Positions 1 to 9,529 of a stretch of DNA of 47,067 nt are shown here, piece after piece. Under the pieces are notes generated by a model that worked only from the letters and a program-made list of their open reading frames with translations, was not told where the DNA came from and did not search any database. Position 1 is the stretch's first letter. Each line of letters opens with the position of its first letter. A program made the position numbers and the translations under genes. This stretch comes from an uncultured Methanospirillum sp. GTDB lineage: Archaea > Halobacteriota > Methanomicrobia > Methanomicrobiales > Methanospirillaceae. Location of the stretch: the NCBI GenBank assembly GCA_964637135.1, contig CAZWTX010000019.1, positions 1-47,067 on the forward strand, read 5' to 3'.

Positions 1-1
1 C

Positions 2-145
2 ATCGTCGATTCAAGCGGGGGATTATACATCGCATATATTACCGGGGATGATGAAATGACCGTGAACTATGTCAATACCGGGGATGTCAGGGCAGAAGAA
101 AATTATGCATTTGCCTTCTCCGAGGTTGTAAAACGGGTTTCATAA
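2..145 (+). CDS. 3' end of a hypothetical protein running in from the left edge
   Basis: Open frame IVDSSGGLYIAYITGDDEMTVNYVNTGDVRAEENYAFAFSEVVKRVS ending in TAA at 143-145, followed by a T-rich tract (151-158). Confidence 0.55.
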   Translation: MVDSSGGLYIAYITGDDEMTVNYVNTGDVRAEENYAFAFSEVVKRVS

Positions 146-295
146 CCCGTTTCTTTTATCCCGGCGGTGCTTCCCCGCCAGATCATGGCTCATCATGCTA
201 TCCGGCTCACCGGTTTTCCAGATCTTATCCGGGATCGCACCGGCGTCAATACCAACCATCAATACGGACGCTGTGAAAACCGGCTATAGATACTG

Positions 296-1498
296 ATGAC
301 TACCGGCTCTTCTTCCCTTGAGACATCTCTCGGACCGATTCACCTGAAAAATCCCTTCCTCCTTGCCTCCGGACCGCCCACTGCGTCTGGCGATCAGATC
401 CGCCGTGCATTCCGGCTGGGATGGGGAGGAGCAGTCACGAAGACGATCACCTCTGATGCAACGGGGATATCGGATGTTTCCCCCCGGTTTGCATCCTGGA
501 CCGGACCGGATATCCGGCTTCTCGGGTTTGAGAATATCGAGCTGCTCAGCAGGCGGGACAGCTCATACTGGACAGGTGAGATCGCGGCTATCCGAAGAGA
601 ATTTCAGGATCGGGTGATTATCGCCAGCATCATGGCATCTCCCGATCCGGCAAGCTGGCAGGATCTTGCCGTTCTCATGGAAGAAGCCGGTGCCGATGCG
701 ATTGAACTGAACGTATCCTGTCCGCACGGGATGCCGGAACGGGGACTTGGTGCCGCCCTTGGTCAGCATCCAGACCTTGTCGGGACGATCACCGGTGCGG
801 TCAGAAAAGCCGTGACCATTCCGCTGATCGTCAAGCTCACTCCGAATATTACCGATATCCTTCCGATTGCAGAGGCCGCGATATCAAATGGGGCAGATAT
901 GCTTTCAGCCATCAACACGGTCCAGTGCCTGATGGGGGTCGATCTCGCCACGCTCAGGCCGCTCCCCCCGGTTGCCGGAAAAAGCACGTACGGAGGCTAC
1001 TCAGGCCCGGGGATAAAACCGATCGGGCTGCGAATTATCTCCCAGATCGCCAGGAACACCGATCTCCCCCTTATGGGTATCGGTGGAATCTCCGGCTGGC
1101 AGGACGCCGCCGAGTACATCGCCCTTGGGGCATCTGCCGTCCAGGTCTGCACGGAGGTGATGTGGAGCGGAGCCGGGATCATCACCGGTATGAATGCCGG
1201 TCTTTCGAGATACCTCTCAGAACAGGGGTTCTCTAATCCGGGTGAACTCCGGGGCCGTGCTCTTCCTGCCCTTACAACTCATGCTGATCTTTCCCGGGAG
1301 AAATCCCTGGTTGCTGGTCTGATCTCTCCGGACCGGTGTTCATCCTGTGGCCGGTGTGTCACTGCCTGCCGTGACGGGGGTTCCCATGCAATCGCAATCC
1401 GTGACCGGGTTGCTGTGATTGACTTACGGGAATGCGATGGGTGCGGGCTCTGCAGCCTGGTCTGCCCGGAAGGAAATATCGTGCTGCAGGCCCGATAA
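296..1498 (+). CDS. preA: Dihydropyrimidine dehydrogenase subunit PreA (FMN domain plus C-terminal 2x[4Fe-4S])
   Basis: NPFLLASGP, GWGGAVTKT, GFENIEL, active-site ELNVSCPHG and VKLTPN motifs; C-terminal CSSCGRCVTAC and CDGCGLCSLVCP. Confidence 0.88.
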   Translation: MTTGSSSLETSLGPIHLKNPFLLASGPPTASGDQIRRAFRLGWGGAVTKTITSDATGISDVSPRFASWTGPDIRLLGFENIELLSRRDSSYWTGEIAAIRREFQDRVIIASIMASPDPASWQDLAVLMEEAGADAIELNVSCPHGMPERGLGAALGQHPDLVGTITGAVRKAVTIPLIVKLTPNITDILPIAEAAISNGADMLSAINTVQCLMGVDLATLRPLPPVAGKSTYGGYSGPGIKPIGLRIISQIARNTDLPLMGIGGISGWQDAAEYIALGASAVQVCTEVMWSGAGIITGMNAGLSRYLSEQGFSNPGELRGRALPALTTHADLSREKSLVAGLISPDRCSSCGRCVTACRDGGSHAIAIRDRVAVIDLRECDGCGLCSLVCPEGNIVLQAR

Positions 1499-1550
1499 TA
1501 TCCCTTTCAGTTGGCTCGTGAGATGATCCTCCGCGTCATCAGGATCCCCT

Positions 1551-2942
1551 TCAGACGGTCTCCTCCTGCGGGTGGGTCAGCGATCCACGGGCGTATGAAG
1601 CGATGATGCCAAGTACACTGATGATAATGAAGACCGAGAACGTGATCCCGATACTCTGCTCAAGACTGGCGTATACTGCCGGGGTTATCTGAACGGTTCC
1701 GATGATGATGGAGAAGACAACCATCGCGATAGCGAGACTCATCAGTTGTCCGACCGACCGCATCGTCGAGACCATCGCGGAGGCCATCCCAAGATCCCTG
1801 ATACTGACTGAACTCATGATCGCGTTCGTATTCGGTGAAGAGAAGAGTCCATATCCAAGGCCGAGCACACACAGTCCGGCGATGATCGTGGTAAGCGGGG
1901 CATGGGCATAGGTCAGGAGGAGGACAATAAGACCGATGGTCGTGGAGGCCATTCCGAGGGTGGCGATAATCCGCGGCTGGATCCGGTCTGAGAACTGGCC
2001 GGCAACCGGGGAGATAATCATCTGGATGAGCGGCTGGGCGAGAAGAATAAGGCCGGTTGTTGCCGGATCGATCCCCCGGTTGTACTGAAGGGAGAGACTG
2101 AGGAGGAACCCGACGGCAAATACCACGGCATAATTAATCATTGCGGCGAGGTTTGAGAAGAGGAAGGGATGGTTGCCGGAGAGAACACGGATATTAATAA
2201 GCGGCAGTTCCTGGTCCTTCTCCCATCTGGCAAAGAAATACGCAATGATACCTGCTGCACAAATCAGGAAAATTCCGGATGTCGCCGGCAGGATCGTCAG
2301 CCCGTACATCCCGGCAGTAAGCATCAGGCAGTAGAGGATCGCTCCCCTCGTATCGTATCTGCTGAAATTATCTGTTTTCCACTCTCCGTTCACTCCGGAC
2401 AGCGTCAGGATCATAACAACAACGGCGATCGGTACGTTCAGGAGAAAGATTGATGACCATCCGAAATGGCTGACCAGAATACCGCCCAGAACTGGTCCGA
2501 GTGAAAGGCCGGCATATACGGTGGCGGTAATGATCCCGATGGCACGGCCGCGCTCCCCGGGGGGGAAGACCGCGGTGACAATGGCAACCGAGGTTGCAAA
2601 GACCATCGATCCACCAAGACCCTGGATGACGCGGGAGAGAATCAGCCCGCTCCCTGACCATGAACATGCCGCGGCAAGTGAACCGATGGCAAAGAGGAAA
2701 TTTCCCCAGATGAAAATCCGTTTTCTCCCGTACATGTCGGCAAGCCCGCCAAGGGGCAGAATGAGTGCCGATGCCGTGAGAAGGTAGGCGGTGGTAATCC
2801 AGCCAAGCGTCACGGCATCGAGCATGAATGCCGTTCCAATCGCCGGAAGGGCAACATTGAGTGATGAGACGGTATATGGGACGAGAAATGAAGCGAGTGA
2901 TGAGACACAAAGGATGATCGTCTTTTGATCCAATCCCGGCAT
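1551..2942 (-). CDS. MFS transporter, DHA2/EmrB-QacA-like
   Basis: Many hydrophobic helices; LNVALPAI, GGLADMYGRKR (MFS motif A), RGRAIG and FSSPNTNAIM motifs; start placed at ATG 2942 (MPGLDQK) rather than 3041. Confidence 0.9.
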   Translation of the reverse strand: MPGLDQKTIILCVSSLASFLVPYTVSSLNVALPAIGTAFMLDAVTLGWITTAYLLTASALILPLGGLADMYGRKRIFIWGNFLFAIGSLAAACSWSGSGLILSRVIQGLGGSMVFATSVAIVTAVFPPGERGRAIGIITATVYAGLSLGPVLGGILVSHFGWSSIFLLNVPIAVVVMILTLSGVNGEWKTDNFSRYDTRGAILYCLMLTAGMYGLTILPATSGIFLICAAGIIAYFFARWEKDQELPLINIRVLSGNHPFLFSNLAAMINYAVVFAVGFLLSLSLQYNRGIDPATTGLILLAQPLIQMIISPVAGQFSDRIQPRIIATLGMASTTIGLIVLLLTYAHAPLTTIIAGLCVLGLGYGLFSSPNTNAIMSSVSIRDLGMASAMVSTMRSVGQLMSLAIAMVVFSIIIGTVQITPAVYASLEQSIGITFSVFIIISVLGIIASYARGSLTHPQEETV

Positions 2943-3312
2943 GGGTGTTGAGGTGGAACCTGAGAGGTGATGAATTGATGAGATCGACCGGTCTGTGATG
3001 CCCGGTGAAGTGCATGATTGAGCGCAGAATTCCGGATACATGCCTCCTGTTGACAGGAGATTTCTCCCGCACCCTGCCGGGATTTACGATCGAGATGGTT
3101 TTGATGCTCTCCGGAACAGCTCCCTGAAGGATCTGATTCCCCCCGTTTGGGCCCGGCAGTGACAGCCTGCGAATGCATGATCCTACCGTGGAGACTAGTT
3201 TTTGCCATCTATCCTGTCGCCATCACCAGATATCCCCCTTTCTGACCCTCCTCACCATGGCACCGGTATCATTACCATGCGAGCCGCAGAGAGGAATACT
3301 ACTACCAGTACC

Positions 3313-3921
3313 ATGATCACAAGTGAGGAAACCCGGGACGGCATCCGTGAACTGGTGAATATCGGCGTCGGACGGGCTGTCGGGCTGATACAGGAACTAA
3401 CCGGTGTTCATGTCGTTAGGAGGATTCCGGATCTGGATGTTCTCACCCCTGGTGAACCGGATCAGACTCATCTTTCCCAAAGCAGGGATCTCTCCGTCGT
3501 CAGGATGAAATACTGCGGAGATCTGCAGGGAGTCTGCGCACTGACCCTCCCGCATGACAGTGCCCGCCGGCTGGTATACCTGCTTACCGGGGAGGAAGCC
3601 CGGAATGATGATGCAGGCATGATTCTGGAAGAAACGCTCTGTGAAGTGGGCAATATGCTGATAAACGCGGTGATGGGATCGATTGCCAACATCACCAGGA
3701 GATCCCTGACGTATGATCTCCCGGTGTATACGGAGAACTCACTGGCATCCCTGGTATCGTCCGGAGTAAAAGAGCCGGGGGGGGATCCGGGTATCCTGGC
3801 ACGGACCGGTTTCCGGGTTACATCGCCCCTTATAGAAGGTGATATCCTGCTCTTTCTTGACAGCCGCTCGATCCTTCTCCTGGATGAAAGCATTGCCTCC
3901 CTGATCGGGCCTGTCCGGTGA
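3313..3921 (+). CDS. cheC: Stand-alone CheC-family CheY-P phosphatase
   Basis: Two ExxN-x~22-P motifs: DGIRELVNIG...RIP and ETLCEVGNML...DLP; start uncertain (3277 or 3313). Confidence 0.8.
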   Translation: MITSEETRDGIRELVNIGVGRAVGLIQELTGVHVVRRIPDLDVLTPGEPDQTHLSQSRDLSVVRMKYCGDLQGVCALTLPHDSARRLVYLLTGEEARNDDAGMILEETLCEVGNMLINAVMGSIANITRRSLTYDLPVYTENSLASLVSSGVKEPGGDPGILARTGFRVTSPLIEGDILLFLDSRSILLLDESIASLIGPVR

Positions 3922-4035
3922 ACGAAATCCTGCCGGCGGGAATCATGGCTCCGGGTCAGAAGAACCCGGAGTGAATTTCGGCTCTGGTGCACGGATTTCC
4001 TCCTGTTGAGTCAGAAAAAGACCCTGTGGATGATC

Positions 4036-4368
4036 TCATCGGCTCCTGCGACCGGTTCTCTTCCTGCTGCTCTCGGTGATATCCCTTCGCCGGTGTGCAG
4101 AATTATAGAACCGCAGAGACTCCTGGATGACGCTCCTGACCCATGGATCATCCGGAGATGTCTCTATCTCGTGCGGGGTGACATGGTAACTACATGGCCA
4201 CGTGGGAAGGTAGGTTTCGTCTTCGATCTCCCAACGTGGATGGGATGTCCCTTTCCGCTCTCCTTTCCAGAGGTTGCACCTCCCGACCTGATCATTGGTC
4301 AGGTACACAAAAAAGGCACAATCAATGCAGGGACGCACCTGTCGTTCTTCAATCGGGGCTATCGTCAT
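4036..4368 (-). CDS. Small hypothetical Cys/His protein (110 aa), putative metal-binding
   Basis: AGGTGA SD upstream of ATG 4368; CxxC-x13-C-x27-CxxH pattern; T-tract on the minus strand after the stop. Confidence 0.6.
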   Translation of the reverse strand: MTIAPIEERQVRPCIDCAFFVYLTNDQVGRCNLWKGERKGTSHPRWEIEDETYLPTWPCSYHVTPHEIETSPDDPWVRSVIQESLRFYNSAHRRRDITESSRKRTGRRSR

Positions 4369-4515
4369 TGCAATAAAGGATTCACCTGATGGCGGGCAGA
4401 CAAACCCTCTCTCTGTATCCACGTTATCAGCCAAAGGTAATGATACCATAACCTTCTTTCATCCGGCTCCATCAGGGCGATGGAGTGTTATTGCCTGGAT
4501 TACAGAGATCTGGGA

Positions 4516-5022
4516 ATGGATAGTACTCTTCTTCTCATCCTTCTTGGTATCGGATGCTTCGCCATTATTCTTGTGTTCCTTATCCTCCATTTCAGGACCG
4601 AGCAGCGTGCACGTGAACTGCATGCCCGATGGAGAGCGGATGAATTATCTGCGATACGGGAACAGGAAGCAGAATACGCCCGGAGATGTGCCGAGCAGAT
4701 CCTGAATACATGGAAGGCCGAGAACGAGGATCAGATCCGCAGGGATGCCATCTCCCGGAGCCGTGCAGTCCTGAAAGGGCATGTCACCGAGCACCTGCTT
4801 GCGTTCACCGAACTCTTCCCGTACAATCCGTCCGATGCACGTTTTCTGGGAACCCCGGTTGATCTCATCGTCTTTAACGGGCTCTCCGCGGGCAGGCTTG
4901 AGGAGATCGTCTTTGTGGAGGTCAAATCTGGCAAGCACTCACGTCTTTCTGAACGGGAAGGACAGGTCAGGGAGACGGTAACACGGCAGGCGGTCAGGTA
5001 CGAGGTGATTCATACCGGATAA
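4516..5022 (+). CDS. Membrane-anchored endonuclease related to archaeal Holliday junction resolvase (Endonuc_Holl-like)
   Basis: N-terminal TM helix, coiled coil, RRDAISRSRAVLKG, RFLGTPVDLIVF and FVEVKSG (PD-(D/E)xK) motifs. Confidence 0.85.
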   Translation: MDSTLLLILLGIGCFAIILVFLILHFRTEQRARELHARWRADELSAIREQEAEYARRCAEQILNTWKAENEDQIRRDAISRSRAVLKGHVTEHLLAFTELFPYNPSDARFLGTPVDLIVFNGLSAGRLEEIVFVEVKSGKHSRLSEREGQVRETVTRQAVRYEVIHTG

Positions 5023-5032
5023 TCAGAAAAAA

Positions 5033-6220
5033 TCAGGGATGCCTTTTTTTATAGGCAAGGCGTGCCTGGAGCCCGTAATAGTGTGAGTACCCGATGGAAT
5101 GGGTCTGATCGATCGCCGTTGAGTCAAACGAGGTGATGTCCACCGAGTAGAAGGAGTCTGGTGAATTCCTTCCGATTACCGTGACCGAACCCTTGTACAG
5201 CCTGACATCGACCGTTCCGTTCACCCGTTTCTGGGTGGTATCGATGAACGCGTTCAGGGCATCCCAGAGGGGTTCGTAAATGAGGCCATAGTAGGCGAGT
5301 TGTGCCCATTTCTGGTCAACGGACTGTTTGAATGCGTACTCCTCGCGAGTCAGGATGAGCCGTTCGAGGTCGGCATGTGCAGTGATGAGAACCGTCGCTG
5401 CCGGATGTTCATAGATCTCGCGTGCCTTGATCCCGAGCACCCGGTTCTCGATCATGTCATTCCTGCCGATTCCATGGCCGCCGGCAATCCGGTTCAGTTC
5501 CTGGATGAGCATGTATCCATCCATCCGTTTCCCGTCGAGGGCAACCGGCACCCCGTTCTCAAAGGTGATCGTGAGGATTTGGGGAGTATCCGGAGCCCGT
5601 TCAGGTGAAACGGTCCAGGCATAGATCTCTTCCGGCGGATGGTATCCCGGCTCTTCAAGCCGGCCGCCCTCAATGGACCTGCTCCAGAGGTTTTCATCAA
5701 TCGACCAGGGCTTTTCCTTGCTGACCGGAACCGGTATGCCGTGTTCCTCGGCATAGGTGATCTCCCATTCCCGCGTCATATTCCGCTCCCGGATGGGAGC
5801 AATGACCTCCAGGTTTGCCGTCCGGAAAACAACGTCAAAACGAAGCTGGTCGTTCCCTTTTCCCGTGCATCCATGTGCTACGGCCGTTGCTCCCTCTTTT
5901 TTCGCGATTTCGACGACTGCTTCAGCGATGAGCGGCCGTGCCATCGATGTTCCCATCGGGTATCCCTCGTACAGACCGTTCGCCCTGATGGATGGAAAGA
6001 GGCAGCGGCTGACGAAATCCTTCCTGATATCAATCGTGTAATGCTTATCAGCGAGTTTTTTCCCTTTTTCCTCGGCAACTGCGATCTCTTCATCCCGTTG
6101 GCCGACGTTCCCGGCCACGGTGATGACCCGATCATATCCATACATCTCTTTCAGAAGTGGAATACAGATCGAGGTATCGAGGCCCCCGGAGTATGACAGG
6201 ACTACTGTGCCCTTTCCCAT
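5033..6220 (-). CDS. argG: Argininosuccinate synthase
   Basis: [25 protein letters not shown] and SIDENLW signatures. Confidence 0.97.
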   Translation of the reverse strand: MGKGTVVLSYSGGLDTSICIPLLKEMYGYDRVITVAGNVGQRDEEIAVAEEKGKKLADKHYTIDIRKDFVSRCLFPSIRANGLYEGYPMGTSMARPLIAEAVVEIAKKEGATAVAHGCTGKGNDQLRFDVVFRTANLEVIAPIRERNMTREWEITYAEEHGIPVPVSKEKPWSIDENLWSRSIEGGRLEEPGYHPPEEIYAWTVSPERAPDTPQILTITFENGVPVALDGKRMDGYMLIQELNRIAGGHGIGRNDMIENRVLGIKAREIYEHPAATVLITAHADLERLILTREEYAFKQSVDQKWAQLAYYGLIYEPLWDALNAFIDTTQKRVNGTVDVRLYKGSVTVIGRNSPDSFYSVDITSFDSTAIDQTHSIGYSHYYGLQARLAYKKRHP

Positions 6221-6352
6221 AATATTGTCACCAGATGATACCCGGTACTGTTAGTTGTAAAGGAAGAAAAAATCCAAGGGCCCTCTCTGCTGAACGTGCC
6301 GGGCTGGCTGAAAATAAGAAAAAGAGGGATCGGGATATCAGTAGTCAGGCAT

Positions 6353-9300
6353 TCACCGTGCTTTTCCGATATAGTGCTGCAGGGGGAGGAAGGTAAGATC
6401 CTCGATCTGGACGGCATGGATTGCATGGGCCGCTGCCTTGGCTGCCTGGATGGTAGTAATGTACGGGATACCGTAATCAACGGCAATCCGCATGATCTCG
6501 ATGTGATCGAGACGGGATGCCTTGTCCGCAAAGTTGTTGATGATCAGGCTTACTTCCCCTGCCCTCAGCATGTCGAGGATGTTTGGAGATCCTTCCTGGA
6601 TCTTCCTGACAAGATGGGCGGTAATCCCGTGTGCTGCAAAGAATTCAACGGTTCCCCCGGTTCCGTAGATGGTGAGCCCGCTTTTCACAAAGGTTTCCGC
6701 CACCGGGAGGATGGCATCCTTGAGATCGTCGGTAACTGAGATGAAGACATTCCCAGACCGGGGAATCCGGTTCTGTGCCGCGATACTTGCCTTGTAATAC
6801 GCCCGGCCGAAGTCATAGTCGATTCCCATGACCTCACCGGTACTCTTCATCTCAGGGCCGAGCACGGTATCCACCCCGGGAAGCTTGTTGAAGGGAAGAA
6901 GCACTTCCTTGACCGCGACATGATCAACGACCGGTTCATGGTATGGGAGATCTTTGAGCCGACCGCCGAGCATGATCCTTGCCGCAATCTTAGCGAGCGG
7001 AATACCGGTTGCCTTTGCAACGAAGGGGACCGTTCTACTAGCACGCGGATTCGCCTCGAGGACATAGACCACATCATCCTTGACTGCCAGCTGGATATTT
7101 ATCAGGCCGACAACCCCGAGACCGAGGGCGATCTTTTTCGTGTACTCCCGTACCCGGTCCATCACTGAAGCAGTCAGGGACTGGGGAGGGATTACACAGG
7201 CCGAATCCCCGCTATGAACCCCGGCAGTCTCGATATGTTCCATTATACCGCCGATAAGAACATCGGTCCCGTCGCATACGGCATCGACGTCAAGTTCAAT
7301 GGCATTCTGGAGGAACTGGTCTATCAGTACCGGGTGGCTTCGTGAGACCCGTACCGCTTCCCGCATGTATGTCGCAAGGTCCTCGGCATCATGCACGATC
7401 TCCATCGCCCGCCCACCGAGCACATAACTCGGTCTGACCAGAACCGGGTACCCGATCCGGTGTGCTTTCTCATGTGCCTCTTCTTCGCTGGTTGCCGATC
7501 CGTTTGGCGGGGATGGAATCTGCAGTTCTTCAAGGAGAAGACTGAACCGGTCCCGATCCTCTGCCATATCCATGGCATCGGGCGAAGTACCGAGGATCTT
7601 CGTCTTCAGGCCGAGCCGCTCGATCTCCTGCTTCAGCGGCACGGCGAGATTAACCGCGTTCTGTCCCCCGAACTGGACCATGACTCCGTAATAGTCGTCT
7701 TTACGGAGAATGACGGAGATGTCCTCTAGGGTCATCGGTTCAAAGAACAGCCTGTCTGATGTGTCGAAATCGGTTGAGACGGTTTCAGGGTTGTTATTGA
7801 CCACATGCACCTGCACCCCCTCGTCACGGAGGGCGATCACCGCATGCACCGTACAGTAATCAAACTCTATCCCCTGGCCGATACGGATGGGTCCGGAACC
7901 GAGTATCATCACCTTCTTGTCGCTGGAAGGTGTGAGTTCACAGGAACTGTCCCCGCTGGTAGAGTAGAAATACGGTGTTATCGCAGGGAATTCGGCTGCG
8001 CAGGTATCCACCATCTTAAAGACCGGGGCTCCGGTGAGTTCCTCTATTGCGGTTTCATTCTTCCCGGTCAGGGCAGCGATCTCCCCGTTGGAAAAGCCCC
8101 AGATCCGTGCCTGCCTGATCTGATCTGTCCCGCCTCCTTCTGCCAGAATCTTCTCCATCGCAACGAGGTTTGCGATTTTTTCAAGGAAGAATGGAGTAAT
8201 TTTTGTCAGGTTAGCAATCTCCCCGATAGAGAACCCTTCCCTGAATGCGTCGAAGAGCGTCTGGAATCGCTCGTCAGTCGGACGGGAGAGGATCATCCGG
8301 ATTTCTGACGGAACCGTATGCCGGTCAACATCGGTATCAAGGGAACGCAGGGCTTTTTTGAAGGCCTCTTCGACTGATCTCCCGATTGCCATCACTTCAC
8401 CGGTACTCTTCATCGCGGTTGTCAGTGTCCGGTCAGCACGTTTGAACTTGTCAAAAGGCCACCTCGGTACCTTTACCACGACATAATCGATCGATGGTTC
8501 AAAGGAAGCCGGTGTTTTCCCGGTGACCGAGTTCATAATCTCATTGAGATGCATCCCGATGGCGATCTTGGCTGCCACACGGGCTATCGGGTACCCTGTT
8601 GCCTTTGATGCAAGGGCAGAGGAACGTGATACCCGTGGATTCACCTCGATAACGCGGTATATATTATCCCGGAGATATGCGAACTGGATATTACACCCGC
8701 CCTGGACATCAAGGGCCCGGATGATCTTCAGGGACGCATTCCGCAGAACGTGGTATTCGTCATCACGAAGGGTGAGAATCGGTGCAACGACAACCGACTC
8801 GCCGGTATGGATCCCCATCGGGTCCACGTTCTCCATGCCGCAGATGGTGATACAGGTATTGTTAGCATCCCGCATGACCTCAAATTCAATCTCTTTCCAG
8901 CCCGCGACACTTTCTTCAATCAGCACCTGGTGAATACGGGATTTTCCAAGGCCGAGTTCAACGATCCTCCGGAGTTCCTCCTCGTTGGTGGCGATCCCGC
9001 CACCGGCACCACCTAGCGTGTACGCAGGCCTGATGATCGCAGGGAACCCAATCTTCTCGATAGCTTCGGGTATCTGGGCGAGCGACGAGACGATCAGGGA
9101 TTTTGGAACCGGTTCACCGATCCGGTTCATCAGGTCACGGAATTTCTCCCGGTCTTCGCCGTCATAGATTGCCTTGAGCGGCGTGCCAAGGATACGTACA
9201 TCCTTCAGGGCACCCATCTCGGCCAGTTCGGCGGTCATGTTCAGGCCGGTCTGTCCCCCCATCCCTGACAGTATCCCGTCGGGCTTTTCCTTCTCGATGA

Positions 9301-9529
9301 TCCTGGCAATAATGTCCGGCTGAAGCGGCTCAACATATATGATGTCGGCCATATCGGGATCAGTCTGGATAGTTGCAGGATTGGAATTCACCAGCACGAC
9401 CTGTATCCCCTCTTCACGCAGAGCACGGCATGCCTGTGAACCGGAGAAGTCGAACTCTGCAGCCTGCCCGATCTGGATAGGTCCTGATCCGATGAGCAGA
9501 ACTTTTTTGATCGACATATCACGCGGCAT
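6353..9529 (-). CDS. carB: Carbamoyl-phosphate synthase large subunit
   Basis: 1058 aa; GSGPIQIGQAAEFDFSG, duplicated ATP-grasp domains (IEVNPRVSRSS, EANPRASRT), C-terminal MGS domain. Confidence 0.98.
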   Translation of the reverse strand: MPRDMSIKKVLLIGSGPIQIGQAAEFDFSGSQACRALREEGIQVVLVNSNPATIQTDPDMADIIYVEPLQPDIIARIIEKEKPDGILSGMGGQTGLNMTAELAEMGALKDVRILGTPLKAIYDGEDREKFRDLMNRIGEPVPKSLIVSSLAQIPEAIEKIGFPAIIRPAYTLGGAGGGIATNEEELRRIVELGLGKSRIHQVLIEESVAGWKEIEFEVMRDANNTCITICGMENVDPMGIHTGESVVVAPILTLRDDEYHVLRNASLKIIRALDVQGGCNIQFAYLRDNIYRVIEVNPRVSRSSALASKATGYPIARVAAKIAIGMHLNEIMNSVTGKTPASFEPSIDYVVVKVPRWPFDKFKRADRTLTTAMKSTGEVMAIGRSVEEAFKKALRSLDTDVDRHTVPSEIRMILSRPTDERFQTLFDAFREGFSIGEIANLTKITPFFLEKIANLVAMEKILAEGGGTDQIRQARIWGFSNGEIAALTGKNETAIEELTGAPVFKMVDTCAAEFPAITPYFYSTSGDSSCELTPSSDKKVMILGSGPIRIGQGIEFDYCTVHAVIALRDEGVQVHVVNNNPETVSTDFDTSDRLFFEPMTLEDISVILRKDDYYGVMVQFGGQNAVNLAVPLKQEIERLGLKTKILGTSPDAMDMAEDRDRFSLLLEELQIPSPPNGSATSEEEAHEKAHRIGYPVLVRPSYVLGGRAMEIVHDAEDLATYMREAVRVSRSHPVLIDQFLQNAIELDVDAVCDGTDVLIGGIMEHIETAGVHSGDSACVIPPQSLTASVMDRVREYTKKIALGLGVVGLINIQLAVKDDVVYVLEANPRASRTVPFVAKATGIPLAKIAARIMLGGRLKDLPYHEPVVDHVAVKEVLLPFNKLPGVDTVLGPEMKSTGEVMGIDYDFGRAYYKASIAAQNRIPRSGNVFISVTDDLKDAILPVAETFVKSGLTIYGTGGTVEFFAAHGITAHLVRKIQEGSPNILDMLRAGEVSLIINNFADKASRLDHIEIMRIAVDYGIPYITTIQAAKAAAHAIHAVQIEDLTFLPLQHYIGKAR

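Noticed and set aside
2943..3312. Long MFS/cheC intergenic region as a possible ncRNA or small gene
   Set aside because: No convincing ORF with an SD, tRNA fold or recognisable RNA motif could be read by eye
4006..4389. Plus-strand 127-aa ORF
   Set aside because: TTG start without an SD and no motif; it is antisense to the better-supported Cys/His ORF
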